Assembly (NCBI GenBank): GCA_043733485.1
Contig: JAYTGN010000107.1
Span: forward strand, 7,284-71,283
Reading direction: 5' to 3'
Source of the DNA: Gemmataceae bacterium
GTDB taxonomy: Bacteria; Planctomycetota; Planctomycetia; Gemmatales; Gemmataceae
Length of the DNA: 64,000 bases
Positions 1 through 9,242 of the stretch are shown here, piece after piece. Both the position numbers and the translations under genes were made by a program. How positions within the stretch are numbered: position 1 is the stretch's first letter; each line of letters begins with the position of its first letter. The notes below the pieces were generated by a model. The model searched no databases and was not told the DNA's origin. It worked only from the letters and a program-made list of their open reading frames with translations.

Positions 1-450
1 GCCGTGGAAGTGGCCGCGAAACTTGAGGAACTTCGGGCGGCCCGTGGAGAGCCGCGAGAGTCGCAGTGCCATCAGCGTGGCTTCGGTGCCGCTGCCCGTG
101 AAGCGGACCTTCTCCGCGGAGGGAACGAGCTTCTGAACGAGTTGGCCCCATTCGATCTCGAGGTCGTGGCACGAACCGTAGTGCGTGCCTTTCGCCATCT
201 GTTCGCGCACGGCTTCGACGACATCCGGCGGCGAGTGCCCGAGGAGCAGGGCACCATGGCCGACGAAGTAATCGACGAGCTTGTGGCCGTCCACGTCCCA
301 CTTGTACGCCCCTTGTGCGTGCGTGACGTACGGCGGGAACGGCTCCATCATCCGGGTGTCGTGCGTGACGCCCGTGGGGAAGATGCTCTTCGCCGTTTCA
401 AATCGCTTTTGGGAGCCCGGGAAGGCCGCGATGTACCGATCGACGAGCAT
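1..450 (-). CDS. Class-III PLP aminotransferase, glutamate-1-semialdehyde 2,1-aminomutase-like (runs off the window's left edge)
   Basis: Not in the ORF track; translated by hand from ATG at 450: MLVDRYIAAFPGSQKRFETAKSIFPTGVTHDTRMMEPFPPYVTHAQGAYKWDVDGHKLVDYFVGHGALLLGH...KVRFTGSGTEATLMALRLSR...KFRGHFHG. The GAYKWDVDG, LLLGH, SGTEA and FxGHFHG motifs are those of the HemL/class-III family. Confidence 0.87.
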   Translation of the reverse strand, partial: MLVDRYIAAFPGSQKRFETAKSIFPTGVTHDTRMMEPFPPYVTHAQGAYKWDVDGHKLVDYFVGHGALLLGHSPPDVVEAVREQMAKGTHYGSCHDLEIEWGQLVQKLVPSAEKVRFTGSGTEATLMALRLSRLSTGRPKFLKFRGHFHG

Positions 451-689
451 GGCAACGGTCTCGGGTTACGAAGGCAGGGGAACTCCCTTCAAAAGTGTAT
501 CCCGCCTTTGCGCCATCGACTTCGCTTAGTACAGCTCCCCATAAGTGAGGGAACGGGTTGCAGTCTACAGCTCAGGAGGGATTCCTCGATCAAGGATGAT
601 CCTCTGGCGATCGTACCGAAGCAACGAGCCGTGGTCGTGTCCGTGGCGCAACGTCGAGAACTCGAAGCTTTGCTGCGTCGGACGAACGT

Positions 690-1140
690 GGCTGCGGGAC
701 GGGCCCGACGGGCGCGGGCACTTTTGCTTTTGGCCGGTGGAAGTTCAGCGAGTTGGATAAACCGTTCTCGAATCGCCTTCAGTGCCAACGGGCCAAACGA
801 TGATGCGGGTGTGTCCCCTCGTTGAGGTAATTTCAGACCCCTCTGACGGCCGCAATCTCACCCGTCGGGTTCCGAGCGCGTCGCGGTAGTGCCGCACGGC
901 GTGGTCGATGTAGGCCGCGATCACGTCGGCTACGAATGGCTCGCGGGCGTGAAGTGGTTTCTGCCACGGCTGGGCTTCCAGCTCAAGGAGCAACCGGGCG
1001 AAAGCTTTTCGAAATTCTTCCGACCCATGCGGACCGGGCCGTGCGACGAAGTGCCTTTGGTGTTTTAGATCCGTCCAAACGGCGCGGGCGTTCCCGCGAT
1101 GCTGCTGATACTGGGGAATTGCTTTGCGAGGCCTACCCAG
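690..1140 (-). pseudogene. Degenerate tyrosine integrase N-terminal fragment (planctomycete type), frameshifted and truncated
   Basis: Minus-strand pieces in different frames: LGRPRKAIPQYQQHRGNARAVWTD...PGPHGSEEFRKAFARLLLELEA...VADVIAAYIDHAVRHYRD; then NPTGEIAAVRG; then TPASSFGPLALKAIRERFI; then KAKVPAPVGPVP. These resemble successive motifs of planctomycete tRNA-targeting integrases. No catalytic R-H-R-Y domain is present. It lies directly 3' of tRNA-Gly. Confidence 0.72.
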
Positions 1141-1252
1141 GACGGAACCCTCGTGGATTCCATCAAGATGAGAAATGCCGGTTCAGAGCACAGCGTACAC
1201 TAAAAGCCGGTCGATTTTTCTTCGGGGCTCTCGAAAAGCCCTTGTTTTCTAG

Positions 1253-1324
1253 AGCGGGTGATGGGGCTCGAACCCACGACAACCTCGTTGGCAACGAGGT
1301 ACTCTACCACTGAGTTACACCCGC
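1253..1324 (-). tRNA. tRNA-Gly (GCC)
   Basis: Reverse complement GCGGGTGTAACTCAGTGGTAGAGTACCTCGTTGCCAACGAGGTTGTCGTGGGTTCGAGCCCCATCACCCGCT folds into a cloverleaf: anticodon arm CCTCG-TTGCCAA-CGAGG, T-loop GTTCGAG. CCA is not encoded. Confidence 0.97.
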
Positions 1325-1339
1325 AATTCCGCTGAGTGA

Positions 1340-1368
1340 AGTTTAGGGATCGACTGCCGGGCGGTCAA
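1340..1368 (-). promoter_or_regulatory. sigma70-type promoter of tRNA-Gly
   Basis: Minus strand TTGACC-17 bp-TAAACT, ending 15 bp before the mature tRNA 5' end. Confidence 0.7.
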
Positions 1369-1388
1369 TGGCCAAAAATCGGTACTCG

Positions 1389-2639
1389 TCACGCGGGCTT
1401 CGCGTTCATCAGTCTTAACCGCACCATGTTCAACGCCAACTTCGCGGTGCGGCTCATCACTTCTTGCCGCGTGCCCAGCCAGCCGTACCGCGTGACGTCC
1501 GTTCCGTCGGCGTGGGCCAGGGCCACGTACGCCGTGCCGATGGGGTTCTCTTCGGTGCCGCCGCCGGGGCCCGCGAAGCCGGTCGTCGCCACCGCGAGGT
1601 CCGTTCCAAAACGTTCCCGCACGCCCTCGGCCATCGCCCGCGCCACTGGATCGCTCACCGCCCCGAAGCGTTCGAGCAAGTCGCGGGGCACGCCGAGTTC
1701 GCGGTGCTTCACGTCGTTCGTATAACTCACGATCCCGCCTTGAAAGTAATCGCTGGCACCGGGCACCTGACAAATGCGATGCGCGACGAGCCCACCCGTG
1801 ATGCTCTCGGCCGAAGCCAGCGTTTGTCGCTTTTCGTGGAGCAGTTGCACGACAATGTCCTGAAGCTCCTCGGTTCCGGTTCCGAAGACGAGGTCGCCGA
1901 GCCGTTCGCGAATGGTCTGTTCCACCGGCGCGATTTGTTCCTCCGCATCATCCAGCGTCCGGGCTCTTGCAAGAATTCGCAGCGAGATCACGGCATCGCT
2001 GACGGTGATGCCGACCTCGGGCACGTGCCCGCGGCGGGTGAGGTCGAGCAAGCGTTCCTCGACGAGCGATTCTCCCGCTCCAAAGGTGTTGATCTTTCTC
2101 TGGATGAAGACGCCGCCGCCGAGCCCGGCTTCGAGCAGCCGAGGCCGAACCTGTTCGTCGAACATGCGGAACATTTCGCTCGGCACGCCGGGCATGGCGA
2201 TGAACAGGGCCCGGCCGATTTTCATCCAGACGCCGGGGGCCGTGCCCGAGACGTTGAAGATGGCGTGGGCACCGATGGGAAAGTGGGCCTGCACGCGGTT
2301 GCGGTCCGGCATTACTCGGCCGCGCGCCGCGAACATCATGCGAATGTGGTCGAGCGAGATGGGGTCTTCTTCCAAGTCCACGCGGGCCACGGCGGCGAGC
2401 GCTTCCCGCGTGAGGTCGTCTTGCGTCGGGCCGAGGCCGCCGGTGGAAATGACGAGGTCGGCCCGCTCGCACGCCAGGCGGATGCACTCGATGTTGTCCG
2501 CGAGGTCGTCGGCAACGGTGGTGTGGAAGCCGACCGGGATGCCGATGGCCGCGAGTTGCTGGCTGAGCCAGTGGCCGTTCGTGTCGAGGTTTTGTCCGCT
2601 GGTGATCTCGCTGCCGATCGAGAGGATTTCGGCTTTCAT
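1389..2639 (-). CDS. cinA: Competence/damage-inducible protein A (MoCF-like N-domain + PncC-like NMN deamidase C-domain)
   Basis: [50 protein letters not shown]...[26 protein letters not shown]. Confidence 0.95.
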   Translation of the reverse strand: MKAEILSIGSEITSGQNLDTNGHWLSQQLAAIGIPVGFHTTVADDLADNIECIRLACERADLVISTGGLGPTQDDLTREALAAVARVDLEEDPISLDHIRMMFAARGRVMPDRNRVQAHFPIGAHAIFNVSGTAPGVWMKIGRALFIAMPGVPSEMFRMFDEQVRPRLLEAGLGGGVFIQRKINTFGAGESLVEERLLDLTRRGHVPEVGITVSDAVISLRILARARTLDDAEEQIAPVEQTIRERLGDLVFGTGTEELQDIVVQLLHEKRQTLASAESITGGLVAHRICQVPGASDYFQGGIVSYTNDVKHRELGVPRDLLERFGAVSDPVARAMAEGVRERFGTDLAVATTGFAGPGGGTEENPIGTAYVALAHADGTDVTRYGWLGTRQEVMSRTAKLALNMVRLRLMNAKPA

Positions 2640-2660
2640 TCCGTCTGCCTAACCGGTGAT

Positions 2661-2705
2661 CCCAGGGCTTCCGCCCTGGGCTAAGAAAGACGGCCGCTCC
2701 GCGGC
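2661..2705. repeat. REP-like palindrome (CCCAGGGC-TTCC-GCCCTGGG followed by a second short hairpin)
   Basis: Perfect 8-bp stem cccagggc/gccctggg followed by ...gacggccgctccgcggc. The layout resembles CCCAGGG-type REP elements I recall from planctomycetes. Intergenic. Confidence 0.55.
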
Positions 2706-2743
2706 GAAGACATCCGACCCCGGACAAGCTCGTTGTAGCCCAA

Positions 2744-3868
2744 CTACGAAACGGCTTCCACCTCGACACTCTCCTCGGGCACCTCCGCTTCCGGCTTCAC
2801 GGCCACGAGCTTCGCGTCGTCGATCTTGTACTGCTCGATCTTCTTGTGGAGCGTGTTGCGGTTGATGCCCAGCCGCTCGGCAGCCTTGATCTGCGTTCCC
2901 CCGAATTGCCGCATCACTTCCTCGATCAGTTCGCGTTCGAGGCCATCGACGAGAAACGGATGGAAGCCCTTGATCCCTGCGGAGAGCGGCGACTGAAGCC
3001 CGGCGCGAACGAGGTTGCGAATCAGCGAGCGTACGTCGTTGCCGCCACCGTTGCCGTTGGAGTTCTTGACGGGGCGAAGGGCATAGCGCGGCCGGCCGAA
3101 GCGGAGCATCTCCATCCCAATCGCGCCGCCATCCGCCATCACCACGAGGCGTTCGAGCGTGTTCTCCAACTCGCGGACGTTCCCCGGCCAATCGTGGGCC
3201 CGCAGCGAGTCCAGCACCGCCGGCGTGAGTTCCGGCACCGCGCACTTCTGCATCTCGCCGTAGCGTTTCAAGAAGAACTGCGCCAGCGGCGCGATGTCGT
3301 CGCGGCGTTCCCGCAACGGCGGCAGCACCACCGGGATCACGTTCAGCCGGTAGTACAGGTCTTCGCGAAAGCTGCCGTCCTCAACGAGTTCTTCGAGCGA
3401 AGCGTTGGTCGCGGCAATGACCCGTACATCGACGCGGATCGTCTTGCTGTCGCCGACGCGTTCGAGTTCGCGTTCTTGGAGAACGCGCAGCAGTTTGAGT
3501 TGAAGCTGCGGCGAAGTGCTGTTGATCTCGTCGAGGAAAATGGTGCCACCGTGAGCCGCCTCGAAGCGGCCAACCTTATCCGCGACCGCACCGGTGAACG
3601 ATCCTTTGATGTGGCCGAAGAGTTCGCTTTCGAGCAGGTTCTCGTGCAGAGCTCCGCAGTTGACGCGCACGAAAGGGCCGCTCGCCCGGCGACTCAACTT
3701 GTGAATCGCCTTGGCAATCACTTCCTTTCCGGTGCCGGTTTCGCCCACGAGCAAGACGGTGGTCGGCCTCGGCGCGGTCAGCCGCACGAGGCGATAAACG
3801 TCTTGCATGGCGGGAGCCGTGCCCACGATCTCGGGCAGAGGCGGCTCGGCATGCTCGTTTTTGGGCAT
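2744..3868 (-). CDS. sigma54-dependent enhancer-binding protein (AAA+ + Fis-type HTH), no receiver/sensor domain
   Basis: Walker A GETGTGKE, ESELFGHIKGSFTGA (GAFTGA-loop variant), Walker B IFLDEI, FREDLYYRLNV, WPGNVRELEN, C-terminal AAERLGINRNTLHKKI. Start placed at MPKNEHA (3868); the track starts at 3928. Confidence 0.92.
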   Translation of the reverse strand: MPKNEHAEPPLPEIVGTAPAMQDVYRLVRLTAPRPTTVLLVGETGTGKEVIAKAIHKLSRRASGPFVRVNCGALHENLLESELFGHIKGSFTGAVADKVGRFEAAHGGTIFLDEINSTSPQLQLKLLRVLQERELERVGDSKTIRVDVRVIAATNASLEELVEDGSFREDLYYRLNVIPVVLPPLRERRDDIAPLAQFFLKRYGEMQKCAVPELTPAVLDSLRAHDWPGNVRELENTLERLVVMADGGAIGMEMLRFGRPRYALRPVKNSNGNGGGNDVRSLIRNLVRAGLQSPLSAGIKGFHPFLVDGLERELIEEVMRQFGGTQIKAAERLGINRNTLHKKIEQYKIDDAKLVAVKPEAEVPEESVEVEAVS

Positions 3869-3997
3869 TGTCTCGTCGCTTCCGGGAGAGGAAGCCAGGA
3901 TTCGTCCGTAAAGTCCGAGAGGCATCACTTAGTATACTGAGGCGTGCCCGCGTTCGCCACACGATTCGCCCGGAATATGGGCAGTAAGCGGATGAGT

Positions 3998-4123
3998 AAC
4001 CACGGAACCCACGGAACACACGGAAACAAAAATGAAGAATGAAGCAGGGGTATTCGGTTGTCTGCAACTAGAATCGCTCTAACACCACCTGCTTTATTCC
4101 GTGTCTTCCGTGTATTCCGTGGT
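3998..4123. repeat. Long REP/MITE-like hairpin with (CACGGAA)x3 arms
   Basis: Left arm aaccacggaacccacggaacacacggaa (3998-4025) pairs with right arm ttccgtgtcttccgtgtattccgtggt (4097-4123). An inner stem aagcagg/cctgctt is also present. Confidence 0.8.
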
Positions 4124-4145
4124 GAATCATTCTAACAGGTGACTC

Positions 4146-5081
4146 ATGCCCGAACCGATCGTCATTGCGACCTGGCCATTCGGGACCGCCGCGACCGATG
4201 CCGCGATGAAGCGGCTCGCCAAGGGCGATGCGGCACTCGATGCCGCGCTCGCTGGGGCTGAAGCCGTCGAAACCGACATGAGCATTCGCAACTCGGTCGG
4301 GTTCGGCAGCCTGCCCGATCGCATCGGCCGGCTCACGCTCGACGCCTGCCTCATGGAAGGCAAGACGCTGTCGTGCGGGGCCGTGGCCGGGCTCGAACAC
4401 ATTCGCCATCCCGCGGCCGTGGCCCGTAAGGTCATGGAGAAGACGCCGCACATTCTGCTCGTGGGTGAAGGGGCCAAGTGGTTCGCCCTGCAAAACGGCT
4501 TCCCCCTCGAATTCCCGTACACTGCCGAATCGATCAAGGAGTGGATCGACGGCCACCCGAGCAAGAAGAAGAAGGACGACAAGCCGGTCCGCATCGAGAA
4601 CCCCTCGGACATCAACGTCGAGATCGACGAGAACAATCACGACACGGTGACGGTGCTGGCGTTGGACAAGAAGGGGAGCCTCGGCGGGGTGTGTACGACG
4701 AGCGGGTTGGCGTACAAGTTGCCGGGCCGCGTGGGCGATTCTCCGATCATCGGCGCGGGCCTTTACGTGGACGATCTCGCCGGCGCGGCCGGGGCCACCG
4801 GAGTGGGCGAAGAGATCATCCGCATCAACGGCAGCGCCTTCGTCGTGGAACTGATGCGAAGTGGGAAGTCGCCGCAGGAGGCGTGCGAACTGGCCTGCAA
4901 GCGCGTGAACGCGACGGCCGTTCGTCGCGGCGTGCATCCGGCTCAGGTCGCGTTCCTGGCTCTCGACCCGAAGGGTCGCGTCGGGGCCGCGAGTACCGCG
5001 CGAACCAACTTCAAGTACGCGGTGAACAAGGGCGACAAGAGCGAACTGCTCACGGCTAAGGAAGTACCGCCCGAAGCGTGA
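4146..5081 (+). CDS. Isoaspartyl peptidase / N(4)-(beta-N-acetylglucosaminyl)-L-asparaginase (type-2 Ntn hydrolase)
   Basis: LDACLMEG, CGAVAGLEHIRHP, autocleavage site NHD/TVTVLALD, TTSGLAYKLPGRVGDSPIIGAG, ATGVGEEIIR. Confidence 0.9.
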   Translation: MPEPIVIATWPFGTAATDAAMKRLAKGDAALDAALAGAEAVETDMSIRNSVGFGSLPDRIGRLTLDACLMEGKTLSCGAVAGLEHIRHPAAVARKVMEKTPHILLVGEGAKWFALQNGFPLEFPYTAESIKEWIDGHPSKKKKDDKPVRIENPSDINVEIDENNHDTVTVLALDKKGSLGGVCTTSGLAYKLPGRVGDSPIIGAGLYVDDLAGAAGATGVGEEIIRINGSAFVVELMRSGKSPQEACELACKRVNATAVRRGVHPAQVAFLALDPKGRVGAASTARTNFKYAVNKGDKSELLTAKEVPPEA

Positions 5082-5254
5082 ATCGCATTGGCTTTGAAGG
5101 GAGTGCCCCTCACCTGCCGGGCTGTCCTTATGGGGTTCGTCCTTTCCGCCGCTCAGTTCCTATAATCCCGGAATCGAAATGTTGGCCGTCGGCTGGCGAA
5201 TTCACTGTCGGCACGGGTTGTACGGTCGCGTTCATTCCGGATGAGATTCCGCCG

Positions 5255-6001
5255 ATGTCTTCCGCTCCTCCGTTTCCCCCGCCTCCGCCCCTCCCGCTGG
5301 CGGCAGCGGACCCGCTTCCTCCTTCCCCCTCTAGCGAAGTTCCCACGGCTCTCACTTCGCCGGAGCTTCCCGCGCCGCTCGCGCCGACGCCCGATTCGAC
5401 TCCCCAGGAACCCGAGCTTCCGCCGTTGCCCCCCGTGAAGTTCGACTGGATCGGCGGGCTGCTGAGCTACCTGATCCCCGGGTTGGGGCAGGTCTATCAG
5501 GGCCGAATCGGGAAGGGATTGCTGTTCTTCTTCGGGTTGTACGCGCTCTTCTTTTACGGGATGGGGATGGGGAACTGGTGCAACGTGTGGATGCCGGATG
5601 TCGAGGACATGCCGCCGCTGGAAGTGGCGGGCAACAAGATCGCGGGCGTTCCCAGTTCCCTCTACTATCGACCGCAGTTCCTCGGCCAATTCTGGATCGG
5701 AGTCGCGGCATGGCCCTCGCTGGTGCAGTATCACTACTTCGATAAGACCAAGGAATCCGGACCGCTGTTCGGCACGTTTCAGCGCATGCCGCCGGAAGGT
5801 GCCGCGAACGATCCGCCCGATAAGATCACGCTGAACAAGTTGCAGCGTGAAGGGAACAAGCGTTGGGACTTGGGCTGGGTCTACACGGTGATTGCAGGCG
5901 TGCTGAACCTGTTGGTGATCTACGACGCGCTGGCCGGGCCGATGTTCCGGGAGCCGCCGCCGGGCTGGGGCAAAAAGGAAGACGAACCGTCGACGTGGTG
6001 A
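5255..6001 (+). CDS. Membrane protein with Pro-rich N-terminus (DUF6677-like)
   Basis: Pro-rich tail, then LSYLIPGLGQVYQGRIGKGLLFF and C-terminal GWVYTVIAGVLNLLVIYDAL hydrophobic segments. Start placed at MSSAPP. Confidence 0.75.
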   Translation: MSSAPPFPPPPPLPLAAADPLPPSPSSEVPTALTSPELPAPLAPTPDSTPQEPELPPLPPVKFDWIGGLLSYLIPGLGQVYQGRIGKGLLFFFGLYALFFYGMGMGNWCNVWMPDVEDMPPLEVAGNKIAGVPSSLYYRPQFLGQFWIGVAAWPSLVQYHYFDKTKESGPLFGTFQRMPPEGAANDPPDKITLNKLQREGNKRWDLGWVYTVIAGVLNLLVIYDALAGPMFREPPPGWGKKEDEPSTW

Positions 6002-6046
6002 AGGCGGAAGAAGCGGGCGGGTCGCCCGCGCACCCAGGGAGAGTCG

Positions 6047-6244
6047 ATGACGCTTGCTCTATTGGCTGCGAGTATTTATTGGGATCTGCCCGTGCTGCTG
6101 GTCGTCGTGAGCCTCGTGTATGCGGCCACGCGCCACGACCGCTGGGACAAGATTCTGCGCGAAGGGTTCGGCTGGGGCGTCCGCATCGCGGGGTTCCTCT
6201 TCGCCATCGGCCTCGTGCTCTACCTCATGAGTACGTACATCTAA
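6047..6244 (+). CDS. Small 2-3 TM membrane protein
   Basis: GGAGAG SD upstream; 65 aa almost entirely hydrophobic (LLVVVSLVYAATRHDRW...GFLFAIGLVLY). Confidence 0.7.
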   Translation: MTLALLAASIYWDLPVLLVVVSLVYAATRHDRWDKILREGFGWGVRIAGFLFAIGLVLYLMSTYI

Positions 6245-6250
6245 TCGGAA

Positions 6251-7123
6251 TCAAGCTTCGCCGAACTGCGACGTCTGCACGGTGCCCGCCGGCCATTCCA
6301 GCCGCACGAGCCGCTTGAAGTGGTAATCGCCGCCGATGTTGATTCCCCGAATGCTCCCGAACTGCGATTCGCGCGCGAAATGCGTGTGCCCGCAAAATGC
6401 GAACGGTATGCGTTCGCCCAGCGATTCGAGAAGCCGTTCGAGTTCCACGTTCCCGGAGAAGGCCTCCCAGAGCAGGCCGTCCAATTCCAGCGGTTCCTTC
6501 TTCGGATAGTTCAACCCGCGGAACGGCGGATGGTGGGTGACCACCAGTGCCGCGGGCACCCACTTCAAGGCCCGTTCCAGGTGCTCGGCTAGGGTCGCCA
6601 CCACTTCGCGCGTAAACGTTTCGTCGTCGATGTTCCACCGCACGTAGTTGGCGTCGTTGTGCCGCCCGCGGAGGAAGCGCTTCGTCCGCAGGCGGTCTTG
6701 CCAATCCTCGGCCATTGCGGGCAAGCGGTCGAGGGCCCACGAGTAGTCGTACCAGTTGATGGAGCCGGCCACGGCGAGGCCTACCTCCGGAAGCACGAGC
6801 GGCTCGCGATCGAGGAAGTGAAACCCGTGCTCGGCCGCGACGCGCGGAAGGTACTCGCGATAAACGGCCAGCGAGTCGCCGCGCGGGTCGTCGTAGCGCA
6901 CCCAGATGTCGTGGTTCCCAGGAACGAGGGCTTTTTGGCAGTGAAGCCCGTCGAAGAGTGCGAGGCAGCGTTCGAACTCGTCGCCGGCACCGATGTCGCC
7001 GGCCAGGACGAGCAAGTCGGGAGGGGTTGCGAACAGGTCCGCGATGAGTGCTCGAGTGGCCTCCGTTCCGGACGGATGACGCGTTCCATAGTGGAGGTCG
7101 GCGGTGAGCGCGATGGTGAACAT
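6251..7123 (-). CDS. Calcineurin-like metallophosphoesterase
   Basis: All five motifs present: DLHYG, GDI, GNHD, THH, GHTH. Confidence 0.88.
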   Translation of the reverse strand: MFTIALTADLHYGTRHPSGTEATRALIADLFATPPDLLVLAGDIGAGDEFERCLALFDGLHCQKALVPGNHDIWVRYDDPRGDSLAVYREYLPRVAAEHGFHFLDREPLVLPEVGLAVAGSINWYDYSWALDRLPAMAEDWQDRLRTKRFLRGRHNDANYVRWNIDDETFTREVVATLAEHLERALKWVPAALVVTHHPPFRGLNYPKKEPLELDGLLWEAFSGNVELERLLESLGERIPFAFCGHTHFARESQFGSIRGINIGGDYHFKRLVRLEWPAGTVQTSQFGEA

Positions 7124-7251
7124 GGTTGCGAATTCGTCGGGCGAGACTCGAGGGCTTCTCCCACTCCCCTCACGTTACCGCAAAATCGCCGAGGCGTGTG
7201 CTTCTCAACGTGCCGAAGTTCGCGAGGCGGTTCGCCGGATGTGCGGCCTAT

Positions 7252-9138
7252 TCAGCCTTTGCCGTCGAGGATGGGAATCGCGAACTCCACTTTCCCAATG
7301 CGTACTTCCTCGTACCCGATCGAGACAACGCCGAGGGCGGGGCCGACGGGCGCTTCCCACGGAACCACGAGATCGAACGTGAGGCGGTGCGGTTGGCCCT
7401 TCCATTTGAACGCACCCAACGGATTCGTCACCGACGTGTGAGCGAGGGTGACGTGAACGTCCAAGTGCGAACCGCGAATCAATTCCCGGGCCAGCGGTGC
7501 CGTGCCGAGCAGGATCGCATCGTGGTGAAAGGCGCGCACCAGCGTTCCTACGCTATCCGCAACCGAAGGCGAATGGAGGAACACCGTGAGTTTCGGAGTC
7601 TGCGTGTGAGCGGCACCTGCAGGCCCGAACACGCTCACCTGAACTTGGTCCCCCGGCGTTTGCCAGAAGAGCACTTTGCGCTTCATCTTTTTCCAAATGT
7701 ACGTTCCCGACGGTCGTTCGGAGCTCGGCATCACCGAGACCAACTTCGCAGTCGCGGCGTTCCACTGCCCCGAGGATGGGCTTTTCGTTGGAAGAGGCGG
7801 CAGAGGAGCGGCGGGAAGTTCGGGGGGGGGCAGCAGGCCGAGGTTCTTTCGCACCTCGGGTGGAGCAGCCGCGAGGGGGCGATTCGTTACGGTCGAGGTG
7901 GCCCACTGCGCGGGCCGCGGCGTCTCGACCGATTCGGGAGAAGGTACGGCGACAATCGGTTCTGGAGATTCGTCGGGTAGCTCGAAGTGAACGGAAGCTT
8001 CGGTCCCGTCGCGTTCGGCTGGCCGGAGCAGTGCCGCCGGTGGAACCCAGGACACACCGGACTGTGCCGAATCGGAACCGCTTCCGGAGCGCCGAGACGT
8101 TGGCTCGAGCTCGAACGAGGCTTCCGACCCCGGCACTGCGACCATTCCCACCAGTTCCGCCAGCACTTCGCGCGCTTCGTCCATGCACGAGAATCGTGCC
8201 GCGGGGTCTGGATTGAGCATCCGCGCGATGACGGCCGCGAGACCGGCTGGGATCGTGCTGCGTTCTAGCTCCCGACTCGCATTCGCAGTCAAGGACGGAG
8301 GCAACCCCGTGAGGGCGAAGAACCCAATGGCTCCGAGCGAATACTGATCCGAGGCCGGCATCGGATTGGCGGGGTCCGCGACCCACTCCGGTGCCGAGAA
8401 ATCGAACGCGCCGGCCACGGCCAGTGAGGACGACATCGTATCGAAGAGCGATTCCTCGACCGCCAGGTTCCGCGCCAGCAACAGGCCCGCGCCGAACTCC
8501 AACAAGCGCGGCAACTCGTTCGGATTCCAAACGATGGTCTGAGGCGTGAGCAGCCCGTGAACGACTTGCCGTGCGTGGCACTCGGCCAGCGCCCCGGCCA
8601 GATACGCCAACAACTGAGCGGTGGCGGTCGGCGAAAGCAGCGAACCCGGAGCCACGCGATCCGCCAACAGCTCGCCGTCGACCAACGGCCAAACTAAGTA
8701 GTGGAAGCCGTTCGCCGAATCGGCATCCACGAGCGGAACGATCGAGGGATTCGCACTGAGTCCGGAGAGCGTTCGAACGAGCTGCTTGGCTTGCTTCGCT
8801 TGCCAGAGGCTGCGCAACGGCAGCACGCGAATCGCGAATTGCTGCTTCCCCTTGCTCGCCCGAAAGATCGGCCCGAACGCTCCGACGTGATGCGGTTCCA
8901 GCAGCCGATAGGGTCCGACCGCCAGCGAGCGCGCTTGCCCGGAGAGCGCCCGTTCGGCCTGATAGGCCGTCAGTTCTCCCCGCGCCACGAGGAATTGCGC
9001 CAAGCCGGTCGCGCCACCGCCCGGGAATTCCGATGCTAACTCGTTGAACCGTTGGTGCTTGAGCAGGTGGAAACGATCGAGCTCGTCCGCCAGTCCGGCG
9101 GCATCCAGGATCGTCGCGGCAAACGGGAGGGACATCAT
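7252..9138 (-). CDS. Ser/Thr protein kinase-fold protein with degenerate catalytic motifs (pseudokinase) + Pro-rich linker + C-terminal beta domain
   Basis: Planctomycete kinase N-terminus LVARGELTAYQAE...GPYRLLE; subdomain II FAIRV; VIb HGLLTPQT; VII LLEFGAG; VIII FSAPEW; IX SDQYSLG. Start placed at MMSLPF; the track starts at 9246. Confidence 0.8.
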   Translation of the reverse strand: MMSLPFAATILDAAGLADELDRFHLLKHQRFNELASEFPGGGATGLAQFLVARGELTAYQAERALSGQARSLAVGPYRLLEPHHVGAFGPIFRASKGKQQFAIRVLPLRSLWQAKQAKQLVRTLSGLSANPSIVPLVDADSANGFHYLVWPLVDGELLADRVAPGSLLSPTATAQLLAYLAGALAECHARQVVHGLLTPQTIVWNPNELPRLLEFGAGLLLARNLAVEESLFDTMSSSLAVAGAFDFSAPEWVADPANPMPASDQYSLGAIGFFALTGLPPSLTANASRELERSTIPAGLAAVIARMLNPDPAARFSCMDEAREVLAELVGMVAVPGSEASFELEPTSRRSGSGSDSAQSGVSWVPPAALLRPAERDGTEASVHFELPDESPEPIVAVPSPESVETPRPAQWATSTVTNRPLAAAPPEVRKNLGLLPPPELPAAPLPPLPTKSPSSGQWNAATAKLVSVMPSSERPSGTYIWKKMKRKVLFWQTPGDQVQVSVFGPAGAAHTQTPKLTVFLHSPSVADSVGTLVRAFHHDAILLGTAPLARELIRGSHLDVHVTLAHTSVTNPLGAFKWKGQPHRLTFDLVVPWEAPVGPALGVVSIGYEEVRIGKVEFAIPILDGKG

Positions 9139-9242
9139 GGCGGATTCGGCCGTACGAACGGAGCGGCACCCGTACGAGCATAGAACGCGTTCCCTGCGAA
9201 GGGCTGCGATTTCCGCTTCGATTGAGGGCTCGGTTGGAATGC

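Noticed and set aside
4-825. 273-aa + strand ORF
   Set aside because: Antisense shadow of the aminotransferase on the minus strand, which carries the real family motifs.
1464-2684. 406-aa + ORF and other long ORFs overlapping cinA
   Set aside because: Shadow frames caused by high GC3; no motifs.
3998-4123. CACGGAA and CACAGAG short repeats as a possible CRISPR array
   Set aside because: They are inverted arms with 8-9-bp units, not direct repeats with unique ~30-bp spacers; no cas genes.
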